In this document: positions 21,901 to 33,170 of the stretch, in pieces
Position numbering within the stretch: position 1 is the stretch's first letter
Layout: each line of letters starts with the position of its first letter
Origin: Thelocarpon superellum
Lineage: Eukaryota
Assembly: GCA_026025795.1 (NCBI GenBank)
Contig: JAPEUG010000096.1
Location: forward strand, 1-49,383
Length of the DNA stretch: 49,383 nucleotides
Reading direction: 5' to 3'
The notes under the pieces: model-generated
The model's database searches: none
Told to the model about the DNA's origin: nothing
The model's input: only the letters and a program-made list of their open reading frames with translations
Position numbers and translations under genes: made by a program

Positions 21901-23200
21901 TGCTGATTGGGATGAGTAGTATGAAATCGTCGACGTCCGATTCCCCAGTCTGAAGTACAACACCCATCGCCGCTTCTGCTACGTACAATTCAAGTCGTCG
22001 TACCAGGCCGATCAAGCGAGCCAGCTCGACGGAATGGTCCTCGGAGGGAAGCTGAAGTTGGTGGCGAAGATTTCGGATCCGTCGCACAAACAGGATCGAT
22101 CAGGGGCATTATACGAGGGACGAGAGATCTACGTGTCGAACGTGGATTGGAGTGCGACCGAGGACGAGATACGGCAGATCTTTGAGAAATACGGCACGGT
22201 GGAACGGATTCGCATCCCGACCAACATGGCGGGCAAGTCCAAGGGGGTAGCTTTTGTCGTGTTCTCCTCCAAGGTACGTGGAGATACATGAAGTTGAGTC
22301 CTGATAGACTGACGATAATGAAAGGACGAGGCCACGGCGGCGCTGGACATGCACCTGACGAAGTTTAAATCGCGAGTGGTCAACGTGGAAATGTCCGTTA
22401 CGAATCCGGCAAAGCGGACGACGACATCGATCATCAAGCCGAGGACGTCCGCCTCACCCGTGCCCGACGAGGTCGGCAAGACCGACCGAAAAGAGGCCGA
22501 GATCCATCCATCCCGAGAGTCAATCCAAGCACGGACCATCACTCTGCTCAACATCCCGGACACGATCAACGACGCACGGATCCGGACGCTGATGGAACCG
22601 TACGGGGCCGTCACGAAGATCACGCTGCGGCACGATCACCGCGGCGCGATTGTGGAATTTGCTGATGCCAGCGACGCCGGAAAAGCATCGCTGGCCGTCG
22701 ACGGGCACGAGATTGCGCCGGGACGGACCATCAGCGTCGGCACAGTGCGGGACATGTTGAGTCAGAAGGCCGAAATGAAGATCGACCGGATCCAAGTAGG
22801 AGCGGGGGCAAAGCGGGGAGGTGAAGGAGGGGAGAAGCCAGCAGTGGCCATGCAGACACCGGGTCCCATTCGTCGACCCAACCCAGCTGGCTCTGGGGCC
22901 CCGCGTCGCGGAGGAAAGGGGGGACTAGGAACGAAAGGTAGTGGGGCGGGATGGAGCAGTGCTCGCGTGGGGGCCTCATCCACAACCACAGCGGAAGGAA
23001 GCAGGGCCGGTGGAGAGGGTGAGGGTGGCAAGAAGAGCAATGCTGATTTCAGAGCGATGTTGAATGCATCTGCATCTGCATCTGCATCTGCGTCGGCATC
23101 AGCCCCAGCGTCAGCTCCAGCTCCGGCCGCAAATGCTCCCTCGGGCACAGATGCCCTGAACGTGGAAAACAGCATTCAGCAGGGCGACAAGATAGATTAG
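18938..23200 (+). CDS. PRP24: U4/U6 snRNP recycling factor Prp24/SART3 (HAT repeats, 4 RRMs, Lsm-interaction motif); exons 18938-21586, 21631-21858, 21920-22273, 22325-23200
   Basis: HAT region (RATRHCPWSGTLW, LDWPEKII), RRMs (RENATIIVRNLP; TLFVTNFPP...VRFPSLKYNTHRRFCYVQF; REIYVSNVDW...KGVAFVVF; RTITLLNIPDTINDARI) and the C-terminal KKSNADFRAML Lsm-binding motif. Three canonical introns. Confidence 0.94.
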
Positions 23201-23851
23201 ACGTAGAAGAAGGAGACGGTACGAACCACCGTCGATTCGATCTTACTCCTTGGTCAGGTCGCCCTGGTTATGCGGCAGATGCGCAGATGGTACATCGTCG
23301 ATGGACGTCAGTAAGGCGTGTTTCGCGCTGTATGATTGCGATGTGACACCATTGTGTCTCGGTGTCTAGATTGACAATGCACCTCGTCATTCATTCATCT
23401 GGCCCTCGATTCACTTGCAATTAAACAATTCTCATAGGTAGCAGAGAATGTACGGGTCCAGGCTGCACCCGTAGTGGTAGTAGTCGTCGTGGTTACCACA
23501 GTTCGTTCATTCATTGCTCGAAGAAGGGGATATATCGATGGATGAATAGATGGCTGGATGGATGGATGGATGGGACTCATGCCTCTACCATACCTCTCGC
23601 CTTGACATCATGCCTCTGCTTCATGCGTGTTACGTTGCGTCCCATCACGCATTACGCATCTGCGCGAATCGCCTTTCATATCATTTGACGCATTGCATGG
23701 TTATCGCATTCTCATCGCATTTCATCGCATCTCATCATGTAGTTCAGAAAGAAAGGAAAGAGGAATTCAAAGGGTATAGGTAAGAATTAGCACCAGATTG
23801 GGGGTTAAGGCCAGAATAAGAGGAGAGCAGAAACAGAGCAAAGGCATGAGG

Positions 23852-23921
23852 GCAAGAGCAGAGCAAGAGCAGAGCAAGAGCAGAGCAAGAGCAGAGCAAG
23901 AGCAGAGCAAGGATAGAGCAA
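23852..23921. repeat. 11-bp minisatellite GCAAGAGCAGA, about 6 copies
   Basis: Five perfect copies and one degenerate copy, read directly, in the intergenic region between convergent genes. Confidence 0.92.
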
Positions 23922-24208
23922 AAGGAAATGACAAGGCATGAAAGTGAGAAATGGAGGAAAGGAATAGGGGGAAGGAACCAAGTCAAGTATCTCAAAATCC
24001 GGTCCCACAGCCGTAAGACGCAGTAGGGCATATCACTTCCTGGCCTCGTTCTCCTTCCTTCTTTCCTTCCTTGACGCTTGCTCGCACGCTCGCTGACAGC
24101 TGTAAGAGGAATAGGGTCGTTGATGGAGGATGTGATCAGAAAGGTGGTGAAAAGTATTTGTGGTGGTGGATTCCATGATGTCGGGGGTGGTGATAATCGA
24201 GCGACGTG

Positions 24209-25933
24209 TCAAGCTCCACTTCCCCCCGCCACACGAGGACGTTTGATCCCGCCAACACCCGACCCGGCTCTCTCACCCTCCGCGGGCTGAGAAGCTCCGG
24301 GCGCATTCTTCCGCTTCATTCGCCGGGCGCGCACGCCAGCCCCGCGATGGTCCTCGCGGAGGTATGTACCCGGCGCGGGCGCGAAAAGGGTCGGCCGAGT
24401 CTGGATCTTGGATCCGCGGAGACAAGGCAGGATCTCGATATCGGGAAAGCCACTGCCGTGTTCGGAGATCTGGTTCTCGATGCGGTACAGGATGGCCATG
24501 ACGTCTGTGGCGCTCTTGGATGAGCCCACGTTCTGGCTCATCCACGTTGAAAAGGCATCCGGCGTGTTTTCGTCCTCAGTCTCGTCACCTCGTCCGTCGA
24601 TGTCCATCGTCTTCGAAGCCCGCGCCAATCGCTCAGCCAACTCTTTGCCCAGTCGGATCTCTTCTCGCTTTCGCACCTTGATCGTCCAGTCCACCACGCC
24701 TCCCCACAGTTGCAGTCGGTCCACCTGTTTGCGGACCAGGTCGCACTGCAGCAGCGCGAATCCTTTGGGGTTGCGGTATCGGCTACGTTGATAGTGTTTC
24801 CGGCAGTAATGTACCCATACCCCGGGCGGGATCTGGCGCGTGCAAAGCTTGTTTCGGCCGAAGATGTGCGACACCACCTTGCGGAGGGGTGAGCCAGTCG
24901 AGCAGAGAGACGTGTAGGAGCACTTTGGTCCTGCGTTGGCGCTCTCCGCTGGAGACGTCACCACCCCTTCCGCGTTCCCGCCAGGATTCGCTTCGCTAGA
25001 CGGCCCCTCCCAGTCACCGTTGGAGCGGACGGACAGTGTTTCGACGTCTTCACCGCCGGCTTCCGAAACCGTTCTATACAGTCAGACATGGTCGTGATCC
25101 AACGAGCGGATATCGTATACTCACGTTTGGGAATCCGATCGAGCGTGCACCGCTGCAGAGGTCACGCTCGGACGTTGCTCGGCGATGGCGACAGATGCAA
25201 AAGCCACCAAGGCATCTGGCAGGGCGGGAAGATGGGCTCGCCTAGAGCGGGTCCGGTCATGACTGGGGCCGACCACGGAACCCATGCCCACAAGGTCGGG
25301 AGAGACGGACCCCGTGAGAGAGGTGGCCATCGAGGACGAGGTCGAGGTGCGTGGAGTCAGAAGCAGTTCTGGATCTGGGATGGGTTCGCTGGTAGTAGAG
25401 GTGGAACAGATCGATGGATGTTCGTCTTGGTCGACCTGGGAGGTCGAGGGCGTGGAAGTGCCGGACGTGTGGGAAGAGTATCCAGCCGAGGCGTAGAAAT
25501 GGAGACGGGAGCTGAAGGACATGGCAGGGGAGGAGGGAACAGAGGACCCCGAGGGCGAGGGCCGACGATCTCGGGGGTATTTATGGGCCGGACAGGTCAC
25601 GTCCATCATCCGATTCACTCGACTGGTCTGATGCAATGTGTGACTCGTCCCGCCTTCATGCTCGCGCTCCTGTTCAGGCTCGTGCTCGTGGCCTGTCTCG
25701 CGCGTGCGCCGTGGCCGTTGCAGGTGCCGTGAATCGCTAGGTTCGTCTCCGCTCCCGCCCCCGCCCCGACTCCCGCCTCCGCCCAACTTCCAGACCGGCT
25801 GGATGTGCCCGTGCTCGGATGGCACATGACCTGACTCTTGCCATGTGCTGGCTCGTGATGAGCGAGGAGCAAAGTTGTGTAGGGGGAGAGCCTTGGAGGG
25901 AGGATTCAGAAGTAGAGAGATATCCATAGTCAT
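24209..25933 (-). CDS. Fungal ORP1-like protein with a Cys/His putative zinc-binding domain; exons 25933-25125, 25073-24209
   Basis: A 51-nt intron GTGAGT..CTGAC..TAG joins the two ORFs in frame. Conserved-looking block CSYTSLCSTGSPLRKVVSHIFGRNKLCTRQIP..WVHYCRKHYQRSRYRN...FPDIEILP. Confidence 0.8.
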
Positions 25934-27295
25934 AAATCAACACCAGAATCAACGATGCTCGACGCCAGCCGGATGGTCATCGATGTTATGAGCATGGAGC
26001 TCGTGAAGACGTCCTGGGAACAATAGGACCGAAGCTCCGACGGTGGGCCTAGTGGGGCAGATGAATGAAGAGGGAGTGACGATGTCACTGTCCTGACTCA
26101 CCGCCCGAGGCCAAGGGCGTAGGCGGCCTGGGGCGTGAGCCAGGCGCGGTGGGCGCACAGGGCTGAGTCGGTGTAAGTCTGACAACGGTTGACGGGTCAT
26201 CCGACTCCACAAAGCTGCAGCATTGCAGATTGCTACGTCGCCATCATTTCCACCCACGGCGCACACGGCCATCGGGGCACCGGGGCATCGGGGGGTACGT
26301 CTGATCGAAGCTGAGCAGAGACATTCCAATCCTTCTAGAACAAGGGCCTGCCGGCTAAGGCCGGTGCTCCTCACGCGCCGGAGCGACTCGGCGGAGAGCC
26401 GGCCGGACGGCGGACGGCGGACAGTGGACGGGGTGAAACGCATGCCTCATCCTCGGAACATGGGTCAATCAACCCCCTCCGGTACGACGGCCGTCTCCTC
26501 TTTCAGCCTATCCCGGCGGACCATCCAAAGAAAGACGAACGCGCGCCCCAAAGCGGCAAATCCGAGCGAGTCGTGTGACGAGGCCGCGGACGAGATCGCC
26601 CAAGCCGTCTGGCTGAGGCACCGGCATGGCAAAGTCAGGTGTGGGAGGACGAGTGTCGCCGCGGCAAGGGGGTAGGTCATTGTGACACTCTCCGATGTCG
26701 TGGCGTCGCCCGTACGGCGAGGGGAGCCGGACCGCGGTCGGACCGCGTCAGCCAGCGGAGGCGACGGGCATGTTTGCTACGTCGTCGCCATCGCCGGGCC
26801 GTGGCGGACGCCAGGCCGTCGTACCAGCGATCTGGCCGCATGTACGTCGCGCTTTTCAGACAAGCTACAGCAACCAAGGACAGACGAGGTGCGTCGCTTG
26901 TGTACGCCGTGTAACGTTGGGGAATGAGAGGACGGTCAAGCGATTGTGACGGTCAGCACGGAAGGGCCACAAGACTGAAACACGTCTTGGGCAGTGGGCA
27001 GCAAGAAGCAGGAGACGAGCGGAAGAAAGGCTTCGGACGGCGGCTCTTGACCATCCTGCTCCACGTGGAAGATGACGTCCAGAAACGACTTGGGACCGAA
27101 TCGGATCCGTCGCCACGGCTGCGTGCTTTCCGTCTCAGATGTTGGCGCCCCCGGGCCCTGGTCATTGGCCGCCGTTCTCACACCGTATCCGGCTCATTGC
27201 ATCTGCTCTTGCAACGGTGCCATCTGACCATCACCTCGCCTGTCCCCAGCCTGGCCGCTGACCACCGAGCGCTTTTCACCGAAACGGTGCAATAG

Positions 27296-27340
27296 TGTGC
27301 AGCGTGCAGTGTGCAGTGAGCAGTGAGCAGTGTGCAGTGT
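27296..27340. repeat. Degenerate 7-bp repeat (GCAGTGW)
   Basis: gtgcagcgtgcagtgtgcagtgagcagtgagcagtgtgcagtgt. Confidence 0.85.
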
Positions 27341-28761
27341 GCCATCTGCGTGTGTATCCTGCAATTGGCAAAAGGCAGTCGTGGACCACCTCGGTAAAGG
27401 CCAAGTCGGAGCTCCGAAATTTGCGATGGCCACCGACCGTGGTGATCTGGAGCGGCCGCCATAGGTCAGTGGCTGGATGGTGTATGGCTTGGTGGCCTCC
27501 TGTCGGCCGACTGTGCCATTGCAGATCACCAAAGCTAAGAGAGGATGCACAGTCCATACGCTGTCCGGGACTCGATCTAACCGACGTCGGTCGGGTGGTG
27601 GGTGATTGTGTTGGTAGTGTGGGAGTGGAGGGAAGGCTGGCTGCCATTATCGGGGCGGTGAAGCTCCCTTCGCTACGGGAGGGGGGGGGAGGGGCTGTAT
27701 GATACACCCAGACGGGAAATGGTTGAAATCAGCGGGTGGGTCTTGGTCTTGGCTACTGCTACGGATGCGGAGGAGTTATCTTGTCAAGCATGTCACGGTC
27801 CTTATCTTCCCCACTGGAACACAGCTTGGCATGGGTCTGCGAGGTGGAAAGGCTCTTTGGTCGATGCAGAGCGGCAGATCACCACCACCTCCATCACCAA
27901 CCGGTAGTCGCCCGCTATTACGCCACCGGCGAACTCTCGCTCGTCATTTTGTGCGATTTCTAGCAACTAGCAAGGGCGGAGTTGCTGTGGCGCTACGAGC
28001 GCGGCTTATCAACCGGTGTTTGGAGCCCTTGGAGACTTGAACGGTTCTGTGTCTTCTGTTCTTGGCATCATAACGGCACCAGTACAAAGTCGAATGTCAG
28101 GCAGCCGAAGCGGCGATGACAGGCGGCCATCACGCATTGTGATGAGGCACACGCACATGTTCGAGAGGGGCTGTCATATCTAGTTTTAACAATGGTTCCG
28201 AAGGCGTGGATCGGTCGTAAAGGGGATTCAGTGTGCTGCACGATTCACCAAATTGCGCATATCTTCTGCGCTGCCTGCGTAGGCTAAGTGAGCCGGAGCG
28301 AAAGTAACGGGGCCCGCCACGGTACGAGCACGAGTCGCAGGCTCATCGGTGGTCCAGCATTGTGACCGGTCGGATCTCCATCATGGCTCTTGTGTGCGGG
28401 ACGACCGCTATGTTAGCTAGTGTTGGGGTAAGCCACCCGCGAAGCGCACGCTACTAGCGAGTAGGAAAACCGTCGAGTGTAGCGAGCGCCATGCATCTGA
28501 GCCGGACTCGCAGTCCGGAAGCCCATAGTTGGTGGTGGGTGGTGGTAGTGCGGCACGGGTGGCACGGGGTTGGTCGCGACCAACCAACCACAATGTGAAG
28601 ACATTATTGCCGTCATCGGTCATCCCCGTGCCTGTCATCGTTACCCACTTCCTGCGTGTCTTTACCTCCTCGGCGCCTCTACATCCCTCATCCGTTCGCG
28701 CCCGGAGCGGACGGTGTCGTCGCGTTGGACAGCGTCGTGGGCCATCGTCCGACCAGTCATC

Positions 28762-29549
28762 ATGACGCGCAAGATCGTCTACAGCATCGCGCTGCTGGCC
28801 TTCCTCACTGGTACGTTTGCCCCCGCGATCCCCTCGGTATCAGGGCGAGTGTGTGACGAGCCGAGACTGACGTGGATGTCAATACAGCATCGGTGATGAC
28901 CATCTTGGCCAACTCCATTCCGCGATGGATCAGCTGGGATCACACCACGGTATGTCGGACTATGACCATCATCACGCTCGCGCCGCGGGCACCGCGCGCT
29001 GACTGCTGACGACGTCACCAGCCGTCGGGGGTACGGATACACTCGACGTACGGCCTGCATCGACTCTGCTCCTCTCTGACCAACACCTGCGAACCATTTC
29101 CTCAGTATGAAGACTGCCAAGGCAGCAACCGATACTTTTGCTCCATGTGGCGAAGCGTCGGATGGATGATGTCCTTTGCCGTGGTCCTAGAAGGCATGAC
29201 GCTGGTCGCCTATGTCGCCATCATGGGGGGCGGTCGACAAAAGCGCGAGACGGGCTGGAAGGTTCTGTCTTTCCTGATGGTGTTGACCGCGGTGGTCCAA
29301 TGCGCCAGCATGGCCATTATCGTGAGTGCCGTAACCCGCTTGCCATCTCGCGCCTGCTCACCGCGACCAATCTAGGCCTATCTGTACGATAACGACGAAC
29401 GATTCTTTGAAGGGTGGCGACTCGACACGTCTTGGGGCCTATGCACGTCGAGTTGGGCCATTCTTGTCGGGTCGGCCCTTACGATATGCGTATCGGCATG
29501 GGTTTTACCGTCGGAAGGTGGATACGAGCTGGTTGCGGGAGGAGAATGA
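28762..29549 (+). CDS. Four-TM claudin/PMP22-like fungal membrane protein; exons 28762-28810, 28888-28949, 29022-29321, 29376-29549
   Basis: Spliced product MTRKIVYSIALLAFLTASVMTILANSIPRWISW...YGLHRLCSSLTNTCEPFPQYEDC...FCSMWRSVGWMMSFAVVLE...GWRLDTSWGLCTSSW...LPSEGGYELV. It has the claudin-like W..GL..C..C loop. All introns are GT-AG. Confidence 0.85.
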
Positions 29550-30169
29550 GGGCCCCGGCTAAGGATCGTGATAATAATGGGTCATGAAGGGAATGAGACA
29601 AGGGAGGGATCATTGGCGGAACGGAAACATTGACGGGGGGTGTCAGTTCTCCAATTTCAGTTGTTGGTTGTCATGGCGATTTTTACGCTCTCCATCCCAT
29701 CCCATCCCATCCCATCCCAACTCGTCCCATCACACATCATCTCAGCTCGGCGAAGGCGGCGTACTGTCTATTTGAGTCGAGCTGAATTGATTTGGCCATT
29801 GCGTGTGTCATAATGCTCCATCAGTACGGCATGATTATATCTCCAACGAGGCATGAGCAAGGAATGAACATCCACCAAGGCAGTGAGAGGTGCATCAATC
29901 GAACAATCGCCCTTTCCGCCTCAGATCGTTTGCAGAATGTCCAAAATCCGATAGACGATGTTGAGAAACACAGCATTATCCTTCTCTTCCCCGCCTTTGC
30001 CATGAGGACAAAAATTCATGTAGGATAGGTATCATGTATCCTCCCCACCGCGTCGTAGAAAGAAGCAACGTGCAACGAAGGGATTTAAAAGGGAACAAGA
30101 CCCTCCCTCGGTCTTTCAAGACGGGATGATAAGACAGATAGACGTGTGCAGCAGAAAAGAATAAATCAG

Positions 30170-30380
30170 TGCGAGCTGTGAGGTTCGAACTCACGAATCT
30201 TTCGATAGCAGAGTATTTTCAAGCATGTTAGCACCCAGCGCCCCCCACCCTGTGCGCGGAGGGAAAAGGATGGATCATCCTGACGGATTTCGTTCCCTTT
30301 CCTCGACTCTGAACAAGAGTGAGGGGGCAACTGGAGCTGAGGACTTAAATCTGCCGCCTTAACCACTCGGCCAAACTCGC
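30170..30380 (-). tRNA. tRNA-Leu(UAA) with a 130-nt intron (30343-30214)
   Basis: Minus strand GCGAGTT TGGCCGAGTGGTTAAGGC G GCAGA TT TAA G [intron] C TCTGC TATCGAAAGATT CGTGAGTTCGAACCTCAC AGCTCGC A. It shows the acceptor stem, A box, anticodon stem, long variable arm, B box GTTCGAACC, discriminator A and a downstream T-run. Confidence 0.93.
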
Positions 30381-30479
30381 TTGACGTGATTTCGATTTAT
30401 TTAGATTAATATTCATATTCACTCGTCACGCTCATGAATATTAGAAGACTGTCAAAGTCGCCCGCCGCCGGCCGCGAGA

Positions 30480-30528
30480 TATGGAACACGGTATGGAACA
30501 CGGTATGGAACACGGTATGGAACACGGT
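30480..30528. repeat. 12-bp tandem repeat ATGGAACACGGT, 4 copies
   Basis: Four perfect copies, read directly, between the UTP15 3' end and the tRNA 5' flank. Confidence 0.95.
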
Positions 30529-30669
30529 AGACCCCCTCCCATCAGTTCGGAGATAAGACCCCCTTCATGGACTCCCTATGGTAGACAGGGCGTAGCATGT
30601 CTCTAGTTCATATCTGACAATCATACACATCATGCTGATAATGTACCCGTGAATCTACCATCCACCCGT

Positions 30670-32277
30670 TCACCGACTCATCAGTAATCCCAACATTCCT
30701 TCCGTCTGAATGGCCTGCTGAGCCCGGCCAACTTCCTGTCGGACACGACTATGCAGCGTCTTGATCAGACCATCGATGGAGGTTGATTGGCCGACCTGCC
30801 CCGCATAGAGATCGAGAAGCACAATGGCCACGTCGACGGTCACATCGACATATCGTGGGTCTTGGATGCGTTTGTTGATCCAGCGCAGGACGGGCGTGAG
30901 ACTCTGCTCGTCGCGCTGCTGTAGCGCCGTACGGAGTGCCGACCGGTGTCGGAGCGCAGTGAGCAAGGTGAGGATCGTGAGTGTGTCGTACGACCCATCG
31001 AACACCTGGTCCAGCGCCGCGCCGTATCGTCCATTGCGCAGATTCTTCTCCCATTGTGCCTCTTTCTTCTTCGGAGTCGTTCCTCGCTCGTTCGCGTCGA
31101 TAATCACATCCGCGCCTTCGCCTACAAAGTCCCGTCCGCGCATTCGCTTTTCCCACCCCCGCGGCCGCTTTTTCGCCGTCTTGCGATCGTACTCCTCCAC
31201 CGTGCCCTCGATCAACGCCTTCATCTCTTTTTGTCGCTCCCGCTCGCGCACCTTTTGTTGACCGGACAGGCGTGTGCGGATCGAGAGAATGCCCGATTGC
31301 ATACCGACCGCGACATGCTTATCCTTGGGCTCAGCGCCGGCCCCGATCACGGCCAAGGAGAGGATTGGAGAGGGATATTTCGAGCCCGCGACCACGTGCC
31401 ACCCCGTCGTCTCAAAGACCTTCAGGTGTCCATCAAGCCCACCGCTAAGGAGTCGGGTGTCCCGTGACGCAAGACAGAGCGACGTGACGGTTTTCTGGTG
31501 GTTCTTGAGGATACGAAGCGGTTTCGCTGCCACGAGGTCCAGCACGGAGATCTGGTTGTCAGCGGACGCCAGCACAGTTGTACCCGATGGCATGGGAAGG
31601 ACGCTTTCGATCGGCGCCGCATGCTTGAAGGTCATGACCGATCGTCCCGGGGAGCGTGGGTCCCATATCCGCACCGTTTCGTCATAGGACCCCGAGACCA
31701 GCAGATTCGAGGTACTGCCCGGTAAGAACGCCCCACTTCGCACGTAATCCTCGTGGCCCGTAAAGGTTGTGGTCGATGCCGGAGAGGGCAGATCCCACAG
31801 CCGGACCGTCTTGTCATCGCTCGAGCTCATCAACGTCGTAGAGGTGGTTGGTGAGAACCTGGTCGTCCACACCGGCTGCCGGTGTTCTTTCCATGTTTTT
31901 AATATCGCCCGCGAGTTGATATCAAACACCTGAATGCCTCCGGCGTCGTCGCCCGCCACCAACACTCTTCCATCATACCGGATCTCGCCCGAGTGGGCCG
32001 TCTCAGCAAATCTCGAAATGGTCTTGATGAGTTTCCGCGTACGGACGGACCATAGCTGCACACGAAGGCCCGAAGTCACGGAAAAGAGGTCATTGGAAGT
32101 GGCATTGAGGCGTGCGGGGCCTAAGGGAGGAAAGGAAATGGAGGTGACGGGGAACGAGGAGGGTGAGGGGATCTGTAGTTGCGAACGGAAAGTGTGCCAG
32201 TAGCTCTGCTCGGGGGTCTGCGGCGCAGGTCCAGCAGGGAGCTTGACCTGCGGCAGTCTCGTCACGGGCGCCGCCAT
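30670..32277 (-). CDS. UTP15: U3 snoRNA-associated WD40 protein Utp15, 535 aa
   Basis: Likely start MAAPVTRLPQVKLP..TPEQSYW. WD40 repeats (GHEDYVRSG, SGSYDETVRIWD, NHQKTVTSL, SGGLDGHLKVF) and the UTP15 C-terminal domain (LTLLTALRHRSALRTALQQRDE...GMLGLL). Confidence 0.93.
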   Translation of the reverse strand: MAAPVTRLPQVKLPAGPAPQTPEQSYWHTFRSQLQIPSPSSFPVTSISFPPLGPARLNATSNDLFSVTSGLRVQLWSVRTRKLIKTISRFAETAHSGEIRYDGRVLVAGDDAGGIQVFDINSRAILKTWKEHRQPVWTTRFSPTTSTTLMSSSDDKTVRLWDLPSPASTTTFTGHEDYVRSGAFLPGSTSNLLVSGSYDETVRIWDPRSPGRSVMTFKHAAPIESVLPMPSGTTVLASADNQISVLDLVAAKPLRILKNHQKTVTSLCLASRDTRLLSGGLDGHLKVFETTGWHVVAGSKYPSPILSLAVIGAGAEPKDKHVAVGMQSGILSIRTRLSGQQKVRERERQKEMKALIEGTVEEYDRKTAKKRPRGWEKRMRGRDFVGEGADVIIDANERGTTPKKKEAQWEKNLRNGRYGAALDQVFDGSYDTLTILTLLTALRHRSALRTALQQRDEQSLTPVLRWINKRIQDPRYVDVTVDVAIVLLDLYAGQVGQSTSIDGLIKTLHSRVRQEVGRAQQAIQTEGMLGLLMSR

Positions 32278-32588
32278 CTTTGAGAGATCGACGAGTGCAT
32301 CGAGTGTGGTGGGATTGGTGGTCTCATATCGAGTTGAGCAGTGTGGAAGTGAATTTATTCCCGGTCGACAAGGAAAATGGGGAGTGGAGCAAACGGCATC
32401 ACGACTTAGCGAGGAACCCTGGGCGACCGCCGCTGTCACGGAACTACAGCCTCAACCACAATCCCAATCCTCTCCTGGCACAAGATCACTCCTGTAGATT
32501 CCCTACAACGTCCTTGAATGTTCAGGGTTCGTCCTGCGGATTCCCACCGAGTTCTCTGGATAGTTCCCGAAGAATCCTTCACGTCCGA

Positions 32589-32915
32589 ATGTCGTCAAGC
32601 ATCGAAGACACACGCCATACACTCTTGCAGACAAGTCTCCACAACCTCCTCGCGGCTAGAAGCGCCGGCAAGACGATATGTCCATCGGAGGCTCCGAGAC
32701 GTCTGAGTGCCGCGGAAATAGAAGCGGCCGGAGTGTCGTCGTGGCGAGATCTCATGCATGAGACGCGAAGGATAGTATGGGAGTTGCGGAGGCAAGGTGA
32801 AGTGGAGGTCTTGCAGCGTGGAGAGGTACTTGGTGAGGAGATACGCTTGGAGGATGTTCGAGGACCGATAAGGGTCCGGAGGATGGAGGGTGACACAAGT
32901 GGATCCAGAGGGTAG
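32589..32915 (+). CDS. DUF3253-family small protein, 108 aa
   Basis: LLAARSAGKTICPSEAPR...WRDLMHETR...LRRQGEVEVLQRGE...VRGPIRVR is the DUF3253 pattern. Intronless. Confidence 0.85.
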   Translation: MSSSIEDTRHTLLQTSLHNLLAARSAGKTICPSEAPRRLSAAEIEAAGVSSWRDLMHETRRIVWELRRQGEVEVLQRGEVLGEEIRLEDVRGPIRVRRMEGDTSGSRG

Positions 32916-33170
32916 CTGAAGCTCGACGATGCACGTGGGACTACGAAGTTTTGTGCACAATGATGATGATGATGATGGACCAAAGACGATGTTCCGCTTG
33001 GATTGAACAACGGCATCTACGTCTGGAGTATATAGGAACAAGTATTGTAATGCTCCTCGCCCACCCCCAAGACGCCATACCCAGGCTCGTCGCCCCCCAG
33101 CCGCCAAGTCAAGCTTTGGGTTACATCGCAGATCGAATGACACGCGAAGATTAGTCTACCGTGAGAGAAA

